A DNA stretch of 64,000 bases from Chloroflexota bacterium (GTDB lineage Bacteria; Chloroflexota; Limnocylindria; QHBO01), in NCBI GenBank assembly GCA_052388515.1, contig JBQTHZ010000010.1:565-64564 (forward strand), given 5' to 3'. The notes under the pieces are model-generated. The model saw only the letters and a list, made by a program, of their open reading frames with translations, was not told the origin of the DNA and ran no database searches. Below, piece by piece: positions 47,678 to 56,848 of the stretch; positions within the stretch are counted from its first letter, which is position 1; each line of letters opens with the position of its first letter. The position numbers and the translations under genes are program-made.

Positions 47678-48484
47678 TCAGCCCTCGGTCGACGTGCGGC
47701 GCGGAACGGCCACCCGCCGGCCCCGGGGATGGGTCGCGGCCTCAGCCAGCTCTCGCGCGCGTGCCCGCTCGTCGACGCCGAGGACGTGGACCGCCACCAG
47801 GATGGCCAGCAGGGAGCCGCCGGCCATCCACCCGCCGAGCACGTCCATCGGGTAGTGCGCACCGAGGTAGATTCGGGTGGCACTGATCGCCCCGATGGCG
47901 ATGGCGGCAACCACGTACGCGACCATGCCCTGGCGGTGGTCGTGGGCGAGTCGCGCCACGCAGAACGCAGCGATGCCGTACAGGACGGTCGCACGCAGTG
48001 CGTGCCCGGCCGGGAAGTCGGCGATGTCGTCGAGGCCGACGTCGTTGACGTTGAAGATGGCGCTGACGAGCCCCGGCAGGCTGATCGCCTCGGACGAGGT
48101 GAAGTACTTGAGCGCCCACTCCATCGGGAAGCAGAGCGTGCCGAGGGCGAGAAGGAGCGCGAGGTCGCGGCGCCCGTTCGCCAGGGCGAGGAGCCCCAGG
48201 GCCGCGAACACGAGCGCCACGAACCATCCGCTGCCCAGCGCGCTGATGCCGATGATCATGAGCTCGACCGGAGGAAGGTTGGCCTCGACCCATCCATGCA
48301 CCGCCGGGACGAGGGTCGACATCATCCACTCCTCCGGAGCCGTGTAGATCGTGGTCCGCTTGAGCATGATGAGCCAGAAGAGGCCGGGCAGCGCGATCAC
48401 GGCCAGCAGGAATGCGGCGGCGGGGCTCGGGACGGCGCCACCAAGGCGGTACGCTGCCTCGTCGCTGACCACGAGGCGGCTCAT
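47678..48484 (-). CDS. PAP2-family phosphatase (phosphatidic acid phosphatase type 2 fold)
   Basis: PAP2 motifs are present: KYFTSS..(KxxxxxxRP-like), DFPAGHA (PSGH) and SRIYLGAHYPMDV (SRxxxxxHxxxD). The start is at MSRLVV (ATG 48482-48484). Confidence 0.75.
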   Translation of the reverse strand: MSRLVVSDEAAYRLGGAVPSPAAAFLLAVIALPGLFWLIMLKRTTIYTAPEEWMMSTLVPAVHGWVEANLPPVELMIIGISALGSGWFVALVFAALGLLALANGRRDLALLLALGTLCFPMEWALKYFTSSEAISLPGLVSAIFNVNDVGLDDIADFPAGHALRATVLYGIAAFCVARLAHDHRQGMVAYVVAAIAIGAISATRIYLGAHYPMDVLGGWMAGGSLLAILVAVHVLGVDERARARELAEAATHPRGRRVAVPRRTSTEG

Positions 48485-48525
48485 GGGATCCGGCAGCCGT
48501 CGCACGGTGCGTAGTATAGGGATCG

Positions 48526-50055
48526 ATGCCGCCCCTTCCGCTGTCCGGCCGGGACCTGACCATCGAGAACGTGATCGAGGTGGCGCGCGGGCGACGAGCT
48601 GTTTCCCTCGACCCTGACGCCGCTCACCGAATGCGCGAATCGCGCCAGGTCATCGAGCGCCTCGTTGCCGACGGCGCCACCGTGTATGGCGTCACCACAG
48701 GCTTCGGGGACCTCGCCGACGTGCGGATCGAGCCCGCGCAGACAGCCGAGCTGCAGCGCAACCTGGTGCGGTCGCATGCCGCCGGCGTCGGAGATCCGCT
48801 GCCGGACGACGTGGTGCGTGCGATGCTGGTCCTGCGCGCCAACACGCTCGCGGTCGGGCTGTCCGGCGTGCGCGTCGAGGTGGCCGAGCTCTTGGCAGGG
48901 ATGCTCAACGCGGCCATCCATCCGGTGGTTCCTTCGCGTGGCAGCCTGGGAGCATCGGGTGACCTGGCACCGCTTGCCCACCTTGCCCTCGTCCTCATCG
49001 GCGAAGGAGAGGCAACCGTCGACGGCGCCGGACCGGGCTCGGGAGCCGATGCCCTCGCGCGGGCGAGCCTTGCGCCACTCGCGCTCCAGGCCAAGGAGGG
49101 CCTGGCCCTGCTGAACGGCACGCAGCTCATGGCCGGCATCGGCGCGCTGGCGCACCACGACGCGCTCCGCCTGGCGATCACGGCCGACGTGGTCGGTGCC
49201 ATGAGCCTCGAAGCCATGCTCGGGACGGGCGCGGCCTTCGCAGCATCACTGGTTGCCGCGCGGCCACATCCTGGCCAGGTCGCCTCGGCGGCACACCTTC
49301 GAGCGCTTCTCGCTCAGAGCGAGATCGGCGACTCACACGCCGAGAGCGACCACCGCGTGCAGGACGCGTACAGCCTGCGCTGCATGCCGCAGGTTCACGG
49401 CGCGGCGCGTGACGCGCTGCGCGAGCTCGAGCGCGTGCTGAACGTCGAGATCAACGCGGCCACCGACAACCCGCTCGTGTTCCCGAGTGGCGAGGTGATC
49501 AGTGGCGGCAACTTCCACGGTGAGCCGCTCGCGCTCGCCCTCGACTACGCGACGCTCGCCGTCGCGGAGGTGGCGTCGATCTCCGAACGACGCACGGCTC
49601 GACTGGTGGATGCGCATCTCTCCGGCCTGCCAGCGTTCCTGGCCGAGGATCCCGGCGTCGAGAGCGGGCTGATGATCGCGCACTACACCGCGGCGGCGCT
49701 TGTGAACGAGCTCCAGACGCTCGCGCATCCGTCATCGGTGGACACGATCCCCACCAGCGCAAACCAGGAGGACCACGTCAGCATGGGTGCCACCTCGGCG
49801 CTCCACCTGCGCGACGCCATCGACCGGGCCGAGCAGGTGCTGGCCATCGAGGCGCTCTGCGCCGCCCAGGGCCTCGACTTCCGTGCGCCGCTCCGGCCCG
49901 GCAACGGCGTCGCCCGCGCGCATGCCATCGTCAGATCCCGTGTCCCGCACCTTGACGCCGACCGATCGCCGGCGCCGGACATCGGGCTCGTACGGGACCT
50001 GGTCCACTCCGGCGAGCTGCTGGCGAACGGTGCAACGCAGGAAGCCCATGCCTGA
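48526..50055 (+). CDS. hutH: histidine ammonia-lyase
   Basis: 509 aa with the MIO-forming GSLGASGDLAPLAH motif (Ala-Ser-Gly). Confidence 0.9.
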   Translation: MPPLPLSGRDLTIENVIEVARGRRAVSLDPDAAHRMRESRQVIERLVADGATVYGVTTGFGDLADVRIEPAQTAELQRNLVRSHAAGVGDPLPDDVVRAMLVLRANTLAVGLSGVRVEVAELLAGMLNAAIHPVVPSRGSLGASGDLAPLAHLALVLIGEGEATVDGAGPGSGADALARASLAPLALQAKEGLALLNGTQLMAGIGALAHHDALRLAITADVVGAMSLEAMLGTGAAFAASLVAARPHPGQVASAAHLRALLAQSEIGDSHAESDHRVQDAYSLRCMPQVHGAARDALRELERVLNVEINAATDNPLVFPSGEVISGGNFHGEPLALALDYATLAVAEVASISERRTARLVDAHLSGLPAFLAEDPGVESGLMIAHYTAAALVNELQTLAHPSSVDTIPTSANQEDHVSMGATSALHLRDAIDRAEQVLAIEALCAAQGLDFRAPLRPGNGVARAHAIVRSRVPHLDADRSPAPDIGLVRDLVHSGELLANGATQEAHA

Positions 50056-50803
50056 GATGACCTTCGAGCTCGTCGACGAGGTTACCTTCGACGACATCCC
50101 GGACCCCGCCCAGCCTCGTGCGCGCTGCCGGACCTGCGACTACTGGGAACGGATCGATGGCGGCCGTGATGCCCCCGAGGACGATGCTCGTGATGCGAAC
50201 GCGCAGGCAACCCTCAAGCGCCATCGGCTCCTGGCCGGGGCAGAGGTCTCCGGCTCGTACGCCATGGTCGCCTACCGCACCGATGCGGTGCAGCGCACGG
50301 CCATCGGCTATGCGCAGTTCGGACCGCTCAGCGCCTACCCAAGAGCCCAGTCGATCCGGGACCGCTACCCACAGCTCCCCGAATCACCTGCCCCCTGGGT
50401 GATCACCTGCCTCCAGGTCAGCGGCGAGGTCGACGACCGGTCAACGATCGGGATCGAGCTCCTGGAGGCCGTGTGCAACGAGCTCGACGGACGCGGCATC
50501 ACCGCCGTCGAGGCATATCCGGAACGCGTCGACGACGCGTGGCGTCCGTCCCCCGGCCCGGCAACGGTCTACGAGGCTTCCGCCTTCGAGCGGGCCGCCG
50601 GCGACGAGCGCTTTCCGGTCTACCGGCGTGAGCTCACCGGCGAGACCGATGCGGACGCGTGGTCCGGCCTCCTCCGCGCCAGCCGGCCGGACGACGAAGA
50701 TGATGATTGGCCGCTGCCGATGCCACCGAAGCGCGATCCCGATGATCTCTTTCGCCTCCCGCCCGAGAAGCCGAAGCGACCGAATCCGTTCGGCGACGAC
50801 TGA
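50048..50803 (+). CDS. hypothetical protein, possibly GNAT-fold
   Basis: Starts at ATG 50048 (MPEMTFELVD), overlapping the hutH stop. The core ...YAMVAYRTD..IGYAQFGP...ITCLQVSGEVDDRSTIGIELLEAVCNELDGRGITAVEAY is compatible with an acetyltransferase-like fold. Acidic/Pro-rich tail. Confidence 0.45.
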   Translation: MPEMTFELVDEVTFDDIPDPAQPRARCRTCDYWERIDGGRDAPEDDARDANAQATLKRHRLLAGAEVSGSYAMVAYRTDAVQRTAIGYAQFGPLSAYPRAQSIRDRYPQLPESPAPWVITCLQVSGEVDDRSTIGIELLEAVCNELDGRGITAVEAYPERVDDAWRPSPGPATVYEASAFERAAGDERFPVYRRELTGETDADAWSGLLRASRPDDEDDDWPLPMPPKRDPDDLFRLPPEKPKRPNPFGDD

Positions 50804-50854
50804 GCCTGCAGCAATCGCGCGCCGTATCATCCCGGCTTGACATAGGAGGAGCGC

Positions 50855-52534
50855 ATGACGAGCGTCGCCGCCGAGAGCGGTCCCCGAACCGTGCGAGCAC
50901 CGCGCGGCGTCGAGCTCTCCTGCAAGGGCTGGCAGCAGGAAGCCGCCCTGCGGATGCTCATGAACAACCTCGACCCAGACGTGGCCGAGGATCCGGACCA
51001 CCTCGTCGTGTACGGGGGGACGGGGCGGGCGGCTCGCTCGTGGGACGCCTTCGACGCCATCGTCGGCGAGCTTCGGCGTCTCGAGAACGACGAGACCCTG
51101 CTGGTCGGATCCGGCAAGCCGGTCGGCGTCTTCCGGACCACGACGGATGCGCCACGCGTCCTCATCGCCAACGCGAACCTCGTGCCGCACTGGGCGACCT
51201 GGGAGCAGTTCCGCGAGCTCGAACGCGCCGGTCTGACGATGTACGGACAGATGACTGCCGGCTCATGGATCTACATCGCCACCCAGGGAATCATCCAGGG
51301 CACCTACGAGACGTTCGGCGAGGTCGCACGCCAGCACTTCGGGGGGTCGCTGCGCGCGACTGCCACGCTCACAGCGGGACTTGGCGGAATGGGCGGCGCG
51401 CAGCCGTTGGCCGTCACCATGAACGAGGGCGCGTGCCTCGTCATCGAGGTCGATGAGGCACGCGCTCGGCGACGCCTCGACGCCGGCTACGTGGACGAGC
51501 TTACCGGCGACATCGACGAAGCCACCGCGCTCGTTGACCGATGGCGTGGCGCCGGCGACGCCCGCAGCGTCGCGCTGATCGGCAACGCCGCCGATCTGCT
51601 CCCGGTGCTGGTGGCGCGGGGCTGGCGACCGGACGTGGTGACGGACCAGACGAGCGCGCACGACCCGTTGGGCGGCTACGTGCCGGGGAGCATCGGTCTC
51701 GGTCAGGCGCTCGCCATGCGTGATGCTGATCCCGACGAGTACGTCCGCCGCGCGAAGTCCTCGATGGCCGACCACGTGCGCGCCATGCTCGCCTTCCGGG
51801 AGGCGGGCGCCATCACCTTCGACTATGGCAACAACATCCGCGCGCACGCCAGGGAGGCCGGCGTGGAGAACGCCTTCGACTTCCCCGGCTTCGTGCCGGC
51901 ATTCATTCGCCCACTCTTCTGCGAAGGGCGCGGACCGTTCCGGGTGGCTGCCCTATCCGGCGACCCGGGCGACATCGCGCGCATCGATCGCGCGTTGGCC
52001 GAGCTCTTCCCGGCCGATGAGGGCCTCCAGCGCTGGCTGCACCTGGCGGCCGAGAAGGTGCCGGTCCAGGGTCTGCCGGCGCGGATCTGCTGGCTCGGCT
52101 ATGGCGAGCGGGCGAAGGCCGGCGCCGCCATCAACGCGCTGGTGGCGTCCGGCGAGGTGACCGCACCGATCGTCATCGGCCGCGACCATCTCGACGCAGG
52201 CTCCGTTGCCTCGCCGTATCGCGAGACGGAAGCCATGCGGGACGGGTCCGACGCGATCGCCGACTGGCCGATCCTCAACGCGCTCGTCAACACGGCAGCT
52301 GGCGCCACCTGGGTCAGCTTCCACCATGGCGGCGGCGTGGGGATCGGCTACTCGCTGCATGCCGGCATGGTGGTCGTCGCCGACGGGACTCCCGAGGCAG
52401 GCGCGCGCCTCGAGCGTGTCCTCACCTCCGATCCCGGGATGGGCGTCATCCGCCACGCCGATGCCGGCTACGAACGTGCCATCGAGGTGGCCGCCGAGCG
52501 GGGTGTGCGGATCCCGATGCAGCGCGGGGACTGA
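50855..52534 (+). CDS. hutU: urocanate hydratase
   Basis: 559 aa and highly conserved ([44 protein letters not shown]). Confidence 0.9.
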   Translation: MTSVAAESGPRTVRAPRGVELSCKGWQQEAALRMLMNNLDPDVAEDPDHLVVYGGTGRAARSWDAFDAIVGELRRLENDETLLVGSGKPVGVFRTTTDAPRVLIANANLVPHWATWEQFRELERAGLTMYGQMTAGSWIYIATQGIIQGTYETFGEVARQHFGGSLRATATLTAGLGGMGGAQPLAVTMNEGACLVIEVDEARARRRLDAGYVDELTGDIDEATALVDRWRGAGDARSVALIGNAADLLPVLVARGWRPDVVTDQTSAHDPLGGYVPGSIGLGQALAMRDADPDEYVRRAKSSMADHVRAMLAFREAGAITFDYGNNIRAHAREAGVENAFDFPGFVPAFIRPLFCEGRGPFRVAALSGDPGDIARIDRALAELFPADEGLQRWLHLAAEKVPVQGLPARICWLGYGERAKAGAAINALVASGEVTAPIVIGRDHLDAGSVASPYRETEAMRDGSDAIADWPILNALVNTAAGATWVSFHHGGGVGIGYSLHAGMVVVADGTPEAGARLERVLTSDPGMGVIRHADAGYERAIEVAAERGVRIPMQRGD

Positions 52535-52540
52535 TCGCCG

Positions 52541-53734
52541 GTGGCGCGACGCGCGGCGAATGAGCCGCTGCCCGGAGCCCCGGACCCGTGGGCGGCGTCC
52601 GAGCCGCCGGCCTTCCGCGGCCGTCCGCCCTACCTGATGAGCGAGATGATCGCCGCGGAGCCGGCGCTCGCCGGGCGCCTCATGCTTCGGCTGGCGGAGG
52701 ACGACGCCGTCGAACAGCTGGTCCGCGCCATCCACGAAGCAGCGTCCGCCGGGCGTCCGATGCAGGCAACTGGCTGCGGCACCTCCGAGCACGCCGCCAT
52801 GGGAATCGCGGTCATGCTCTCCGAGGCGCTCGGCCTTCCAGCGGGCCACGAGGTGCGCTCGATTCCGGCACTCGAGGCGCTGTCACGGCCGCTCGCCGAT
52901 GGGCTGCTGATCGGCGTCTCGCACGAGGGCGGCACCGAGACCACCAACGCGGCGCTGCGGGCGGCGCAGGACGCCGGTGCTCGCACGGCACTGATCACCG
53001 TGAGCGGCGATTCTCCCGGAGCCGAGATCGCCGATCTCGTGGTTCGAACCGAGGAGCAGGATCAGAGCTGGTGCCACACCGTCGGCTACCTGTCGCCGCT
53101 CCTGGTGGGGGTGACGCTCGCCGCGCGACTGGCGCGTGCTGGGATCGATGCCCTGGCGATCCGCGCGCTCCTCGACGTGGCCAACGACCCGCATGCCGCG
53201 GCTGCAACCGCCTCAGAGTTGGCGGGCAGCGATCGGCTCATCGTCGCCGCTGCCGGTGCCGACTTCATCTCGGCGCGCGAGCTTGCGCTCAAGGTGGCGG
53301 AGGGCGCGCGGATGCCGGCCATGGCCCTCGAGCTCGAGACGGTGATGCACGGGCACCTCGCGGCCGCCACGCGTTGGACAGGGCTCGTGCTCCTGCTCAC
53401 GCAGCCCGAGCAGCCGGATGGACCGATTCGTCAACGGGGCACCCGGCTCCTCGCTGCCGCGAGCGCGCTGAAGGTTCCGGCCGCCGCCATCCTCTCGGCC
53501 GAGATCGCGACATCCATTGCGGCCGAGGGCACGCCCGCCGGGAGGATCGTCCTGCCGAAGGTGGGAAGGATCAAGGGCGTCGCCGGCTCGCTCCTCGGAT
53601 CCGCGCTCGCTCTCCAGCTGCTGACCGAGCGCCTCGCGCGCGCGCGCGGCGTGAACCCCGATACGCTCGGCCGCGAGGATCGCGCGCAGGCCGCCGCACA
53701 CGAGGAACCGGCACGCAGTGCGTCGCTCCCGTGA
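52541..53734 (+). CDS. SIS-domain sugar-phosphate isomerase/aminotransferase-like protein (GlmS C-terminal-like, no glutaminase domain)
   Basis: SIS signature ATGCGTSEHAA, then a second SIS-like half. The start may be the internal Met MSEMIAAEP (52637). Confidence 0.6.
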   Translation: MARRAANEPLPGAPDPWAASEPPAFRGRPPYLMSEMIAAEPALAGRLMLRLAEDDAVEQLVRAIHEAASAGRPMQATGCGTSEHAAMGIAVMLSEALGLPAGHEVRSIPALEALSRPLADGLLIGVSHEGGTETTNAALRAAQDAGARTALITVSGDSPGAEIADLVVRTEEQDQSWCHTVGYLSPLLVGVTLAARLARAGIDALAIRALLDVANDPHAAAATASELAGSDRLIVAAAGADFISARELALKVAEGARMPAMALELETVMHGHLAAATRWTGLVLLLTQPEQPDGPIRQRGTRLLAAASALKVPAAAILSAEIATSIAAEGTPAGRIVLPKVGRIKGVAGSLLGSALALQLLTERLARARGVNPDTLGREDRAQAAAHEEPARSASLP

Positions 53735-53768
53735 AGTCGCTCACGAGCCCAGCGCACGCGGCGCGCCG

Positions 53769-54851
53769 TCAACCGCGCAGGAGCCTGAAAAGGCGGACGT
53801 AGAAGCGCAGGTTGTGCAGCGTCGCGAGGCGCTCCGCCGACAGGTCGCCGACCTTGAACAGGTGATGGAGGTAGGCAGCCGAGTGGCGTGAGCAGACGAG
53901 GCAGTCACACCCCTCCTCGACCGGCTCGTGGTCGGTCCGGTATTGGGGGTCATGGATGCGGACCGCGCGGTAGAAGTGATCGCCGGGGGACGGCCGTCGA
54001 TCCATCCAGCCCTCTCGGAAGGCGTACAGCCGTCCGTGGCGCCCGTCGCGGGTCGGGAGGGCGCAGTCGAAGATCGAGTAGCCCAGCGAGAAGGCGTTGA
54101 CGACGTGATCGGGCCGACCGATCCCGAGCGCGTGCTTGGGAGCATCGGGTGGCAGCGACTCGGCCACCCAGCGCAATGGATCGGACAGGAGGGAGCCATC
54201 GGCCTCGAGCGGCCAGCCGCCGAAGCCGTACCCGTCGAAACCGATTTCGGCCAGGGCACGCGCGCACTGCCGCCGCAGTGCCTCGGATCCACCACCCTGG
54301 ACGACGGCGACGATCCGCGGCGGGTCAGGGTCGCGACGCTCCGCGAGCTGGCGATCAAACGCTTCGCGGCAGCGCATCGCCCACCGGACCGTCCGCTCGA
54401 CCGAACGCTCCTGCTCGGACTCGGGAGCGTCCGCATCGGTGCAGTCGTCCAGGCAGACCGCGATGTCGCTGCCGAGCTGGAACTGGAGCCCGATGATCCG
54501 TTCGGGACTCAGGTTCCACTTCTGGCCCGTGGACGGCTCCCGGAAGATGACCTCGTTGTCGCGGATCACGCCGCGGTTCGGGTCCTGGCGGATGAGGCTC
54601 CACACCTGGAATCCGCCGGAGTCGCTCAGGATCGGTCCATTCCAGTCCATGAACCGATGGATCCCGCCGGCGGCCTGCACCACTCGCGCGCCCGGACGCC
54701 GGAGGAGGTGGAAGGCGTTCACGACCACGCCCTCGATGCCGATCCCGCGCAGATCCTCAGCGCTCACACCACGCACGCCGGCCCGCGTCGCATCGGGCAG
54801 GAAGGTGGGCACCGGCAGCGTGCCGCGCCGCGTGACGATCGGCTCAGCCAT
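53769..54851 (-). CDS. tgt: queuine tRNA-ribosyltransferase family protein
   Basis: TGT fold (LPDATRAGV..., DSGGFQV, VQGGG, zinc site CDCLVCSRHSAAYLHHL). Somewhat shorter N-terminus than E. coli Tgt. Confidence 0.85.
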   Translation of the reverse strand: MAEPIVTRRGTLPVPTFLPDATRAGVRGVSAEDLRGIGIEGVVVNAFHLLRRPGARVVQAAGGIHRFMDWNGPILSDSGGFQVWSLIRQDPNRGVIRDNEVIFREPSTGQKWNLSPERIIGLQFQLGSDIAVCLDDCTDADAPESEQERSVERTVRWAMRCREAFDRQLAERRDPDPPRIVAVVQGGGSEALRRQCARALAEIGFDGYGFGGWPLEADGSLLSDPLRWVAESLPPDAPKHALGIGRPDHVVNAFSLGYSIFDCALPTRDGRHGRLYAFREGWMDRRPSPGDHFYRAVRIHDPQYRTDHEPVEEGCDCLVCSRHSAAYLHHLFKVGDLSAERLATLHNLRFYVRLFRLLRG

Positions 54852-55638
54852 GCAGCGTCAGCACGAAGACGAGCTCATTCGGGACCGATGCCTCCGCCAC
54901 CTCACGGACCCGTCCGACATCCGCACCCAGCCGCTCCAACCGCTCGCGGTACGTGCGCTCCATCCCACTTCCTCGCCCGCCGAGGGATCGTTTCGGGAAG
55001 CTGACCACCGCGTGCCTGACACGGAGCGCGCCGAGCATGCGCGCCGCGGCCGCCCGGTCCTGGCGATCGATCGTCGTCACGAGCTTGAGCAGGAGGGCGA
55101 CATCCGCGGCGTCTGTCGGAGTCGTCCCCACCACGTCGCGGACGTCGACCCGATGCGGCTGTCCCACCAGTTCGAGAAAGGATGAGACCGTGCCCAGGGG
55201 CCTCCGGTCGACATCGGACGCAAGGTAGTTGGCGTCGGGACCGATCCCCATCCACGGCAGGCTGAGCGGGTTGAGCCCACAGCCGAGGTCCATGAGGCTA
55301 CCCGGCTCGCCCGTCAGCGACCAGATGCCGTCGTAGAAGGCGTCCAGGTGCTCGACGCGCTCGCGTGTCGATGCGTGAGCGCGAAGTGCATCGGCGCAGG
55401 CCCGCCGAAATGCTGGGTCGGCAAGATCGCCGGACCACGCGGCGGCGAGCGCATCCGGCTGCGCCGTGCCGCGAAAGGCGCCCACCGCCTGGTGCAGCCG
55501 GCGCTTCACTCGCTTCACCGCTTCGTCGGTGCTGCGGGCGTTGGGCAGCTCCTCCCCGGCCAGGCGGGCCACCAACGAGCGATCGACATCGCGGTAGCGC
55601 GATGAGCGGAGCACGCGCTCCACGATCTCCGCGCTCAT
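54844..55638 (-). CDS. 16S rRNA (guanine1405-N7)-methyltransferase family protein (ArmA/Rmt/Kgm/FmrO family)
   Basis: Co-linear with ArmA over the full length. Blocks match: IVERVLRSSRYRDVD (ArmA VVKKILESKKYENLD), KRRLHQAVGAF (KKKLHQIWGSY), HASTRERVEHLDAFY (HSSTNERVATLNDFY), LMDLGCGLNPLSL (ILDFGCGFNPLAL) and VVSFPKRSLGGRGSGM (VISFPIKSLSGKEKGM). The start ATGA overlaps the rsmI stop. The stop overlaps tgt by 8 nt. Confidence 0.8.
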   Translation of the reverse strand: MSAEIVERVLRSSRYRDVDRSLVARLAGEELPNARSTDEAVKRVKRRLHQAVGAFRGTAQPDALAAAWSGDLADPAFRRACADALRAHASTRERVEHLDAFYDGIWSLTGEPGSLMDLGCGLNPLSLPWMGIGPDANYLASDVDRRPLGTVSSFLELVGQPHRVDVRDVVGTTPTDAADVALLLKLVTTIDRQDRAAAARMLGALRVRHAVVSFPKRSLGGRGSGMERTYRERLERLGADVGRVREVAEASVPNELVFVLTLHG

Positions 55639-56465
55639 CGGTCTCGAAGCCGCAGCACGAGCGCATACGCGTCGCGCTTCGAGAGGCCATGGCGCTGCCT
55701 CAGCAGCTCCTGGACGGCACGCGCGGACGTATCGGCCTCGAGCAGGAGCACGGCATCAGCCGTGGCATCCTCGGTCACGCCCGATCGTTCGACCGCGCCG
55801 CCGATGAGGAGCGTGCACTCGCCGCGCACCGGTCCCTCAGCCTCCAGCTCGGAGATCAGCTCGGAGAGCGGTCCGCGCTGGTATCGCTCGTGCGGCTTGG
55901 TGATGCTGCGCGCCAGGCAGGCATCCCGGTCGCCGAGCGTGGCGAGCGCGTCGCGAAGCGCATCGGTCAGGCGCCCTGGAGCTTCGAAGCCGATCAACGT
56001 TGCCTCGTCGCCGCGCACGTGCTCGAAGATCGCGCGCCGGGCAGCCGCCGTGCGCGGCAGGAAGCCGAGGAAGCGGAATGGGTGAGGCGGCAATCCCGAC
56101 GCTGCGAGTGCCGTGGTCACTGCCGATGCGCCGGGCAGGCTGGTGACCCTGACCCGTGCCTCGATCGTCGCGCGTACGAGACGATATCCGGGATCGCTGA
56201 TGAGCGGCGTGCCCGCGTCACTGACGAGGGCCACGTCGGCTCCGGCTTTCAGCGTCGCAAGGAGCTCCGGAGTGCGCGACTTCTCGTTGTGATCGTGATA
56301 GCTGACGGCCCGCGTCTCGATGCCGTGGTGCCGTGCCAGTGTCGCGAAGTGGCGCGTGTCCTCCGCCGCGACGACCTCCACGGCTCGCAGCGTCTCAAGC
56401 GCCCGGGCGCTCAGGTCGTCCGGGTTGCCGATCGGTACCGCGACGATGAACAGGGTGCCGTTCAT
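55635..56465 (-). CDS. rsmI: 16S rRNA (cytidine1402-2'-O)-methyltransferase
   Basis: Tetrapyrrole-methylase fold (LFIVAVPIGNPDDLSARALETLRAVEVVAAEDTR). The start is at MNGTLF (ATG 56463-56465). Confidence 0.85.
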   Translation of the reverse strand: MNGTLFIVAVPIGNPDDLSARALETLRAVEVVAAEDTRHFATLARHHGIETRAVSYHDHNEKSRTPELLATLKAGADVALVSDAGTPLISDPGYRLVRATIEARVRVTSLPGASAVTTALAASGLPPHPFRFLGFLPRTAAARRAIFEHVRGDEATLIGFEAPGRLTDALRDALATLGDRDACLARSITKPHERYQRGPLSELISELEAEGPVRGECTLLIGGAVERSGVTEDATADAVLLLEADTSARAVQELLRQRHGLSKRDAYALVLRLRDR

Positions 56466-56848
56466 GCATCGTCTCGCACGTACACCGCGCCCGCCCACTC
56501 GACGCAGCTCAGTCGACGGAGCGCCAGCGTCCAGCTCGGTTCCGGATCTCCCGGCGCCTGCTGCACCACGAGAAGGAGGTGATCGTCGCGACGAACAATC
56601 GCCGATGCGTTGAGGATGGTGGTGACCGGCATCTCGCTCGGAGCGTAGCAGGGCCTCACGGGCCGTTCATTGCCGGCGCGGGTGCACATTGCCGAACTGC
56701 GGTCGTGACTCGAACAATGCTCGCGCTGGTGAGCGTTGCCGGCCCCTCACGCCGGTGACGGAACGTCCTTGAGCGTGACGGGCGACCCATTGGGTCTGAT
56801 TCTCTGTCCAGTGCTCACTGAAGTGATCATTGTTCCAACCAGTCGCAC

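Noticed and set aside
52541-53734. Calling the SIS-domain gene glmS
   Set aside because: The N-terminal glutamine amidotransferase (Ntn, Cys1) domain is absent. Only the isomerase-type SIS halves are present, so it is an AgaS/FrlB/GlmS-C-like protein of unknown specificity, not GlmS.
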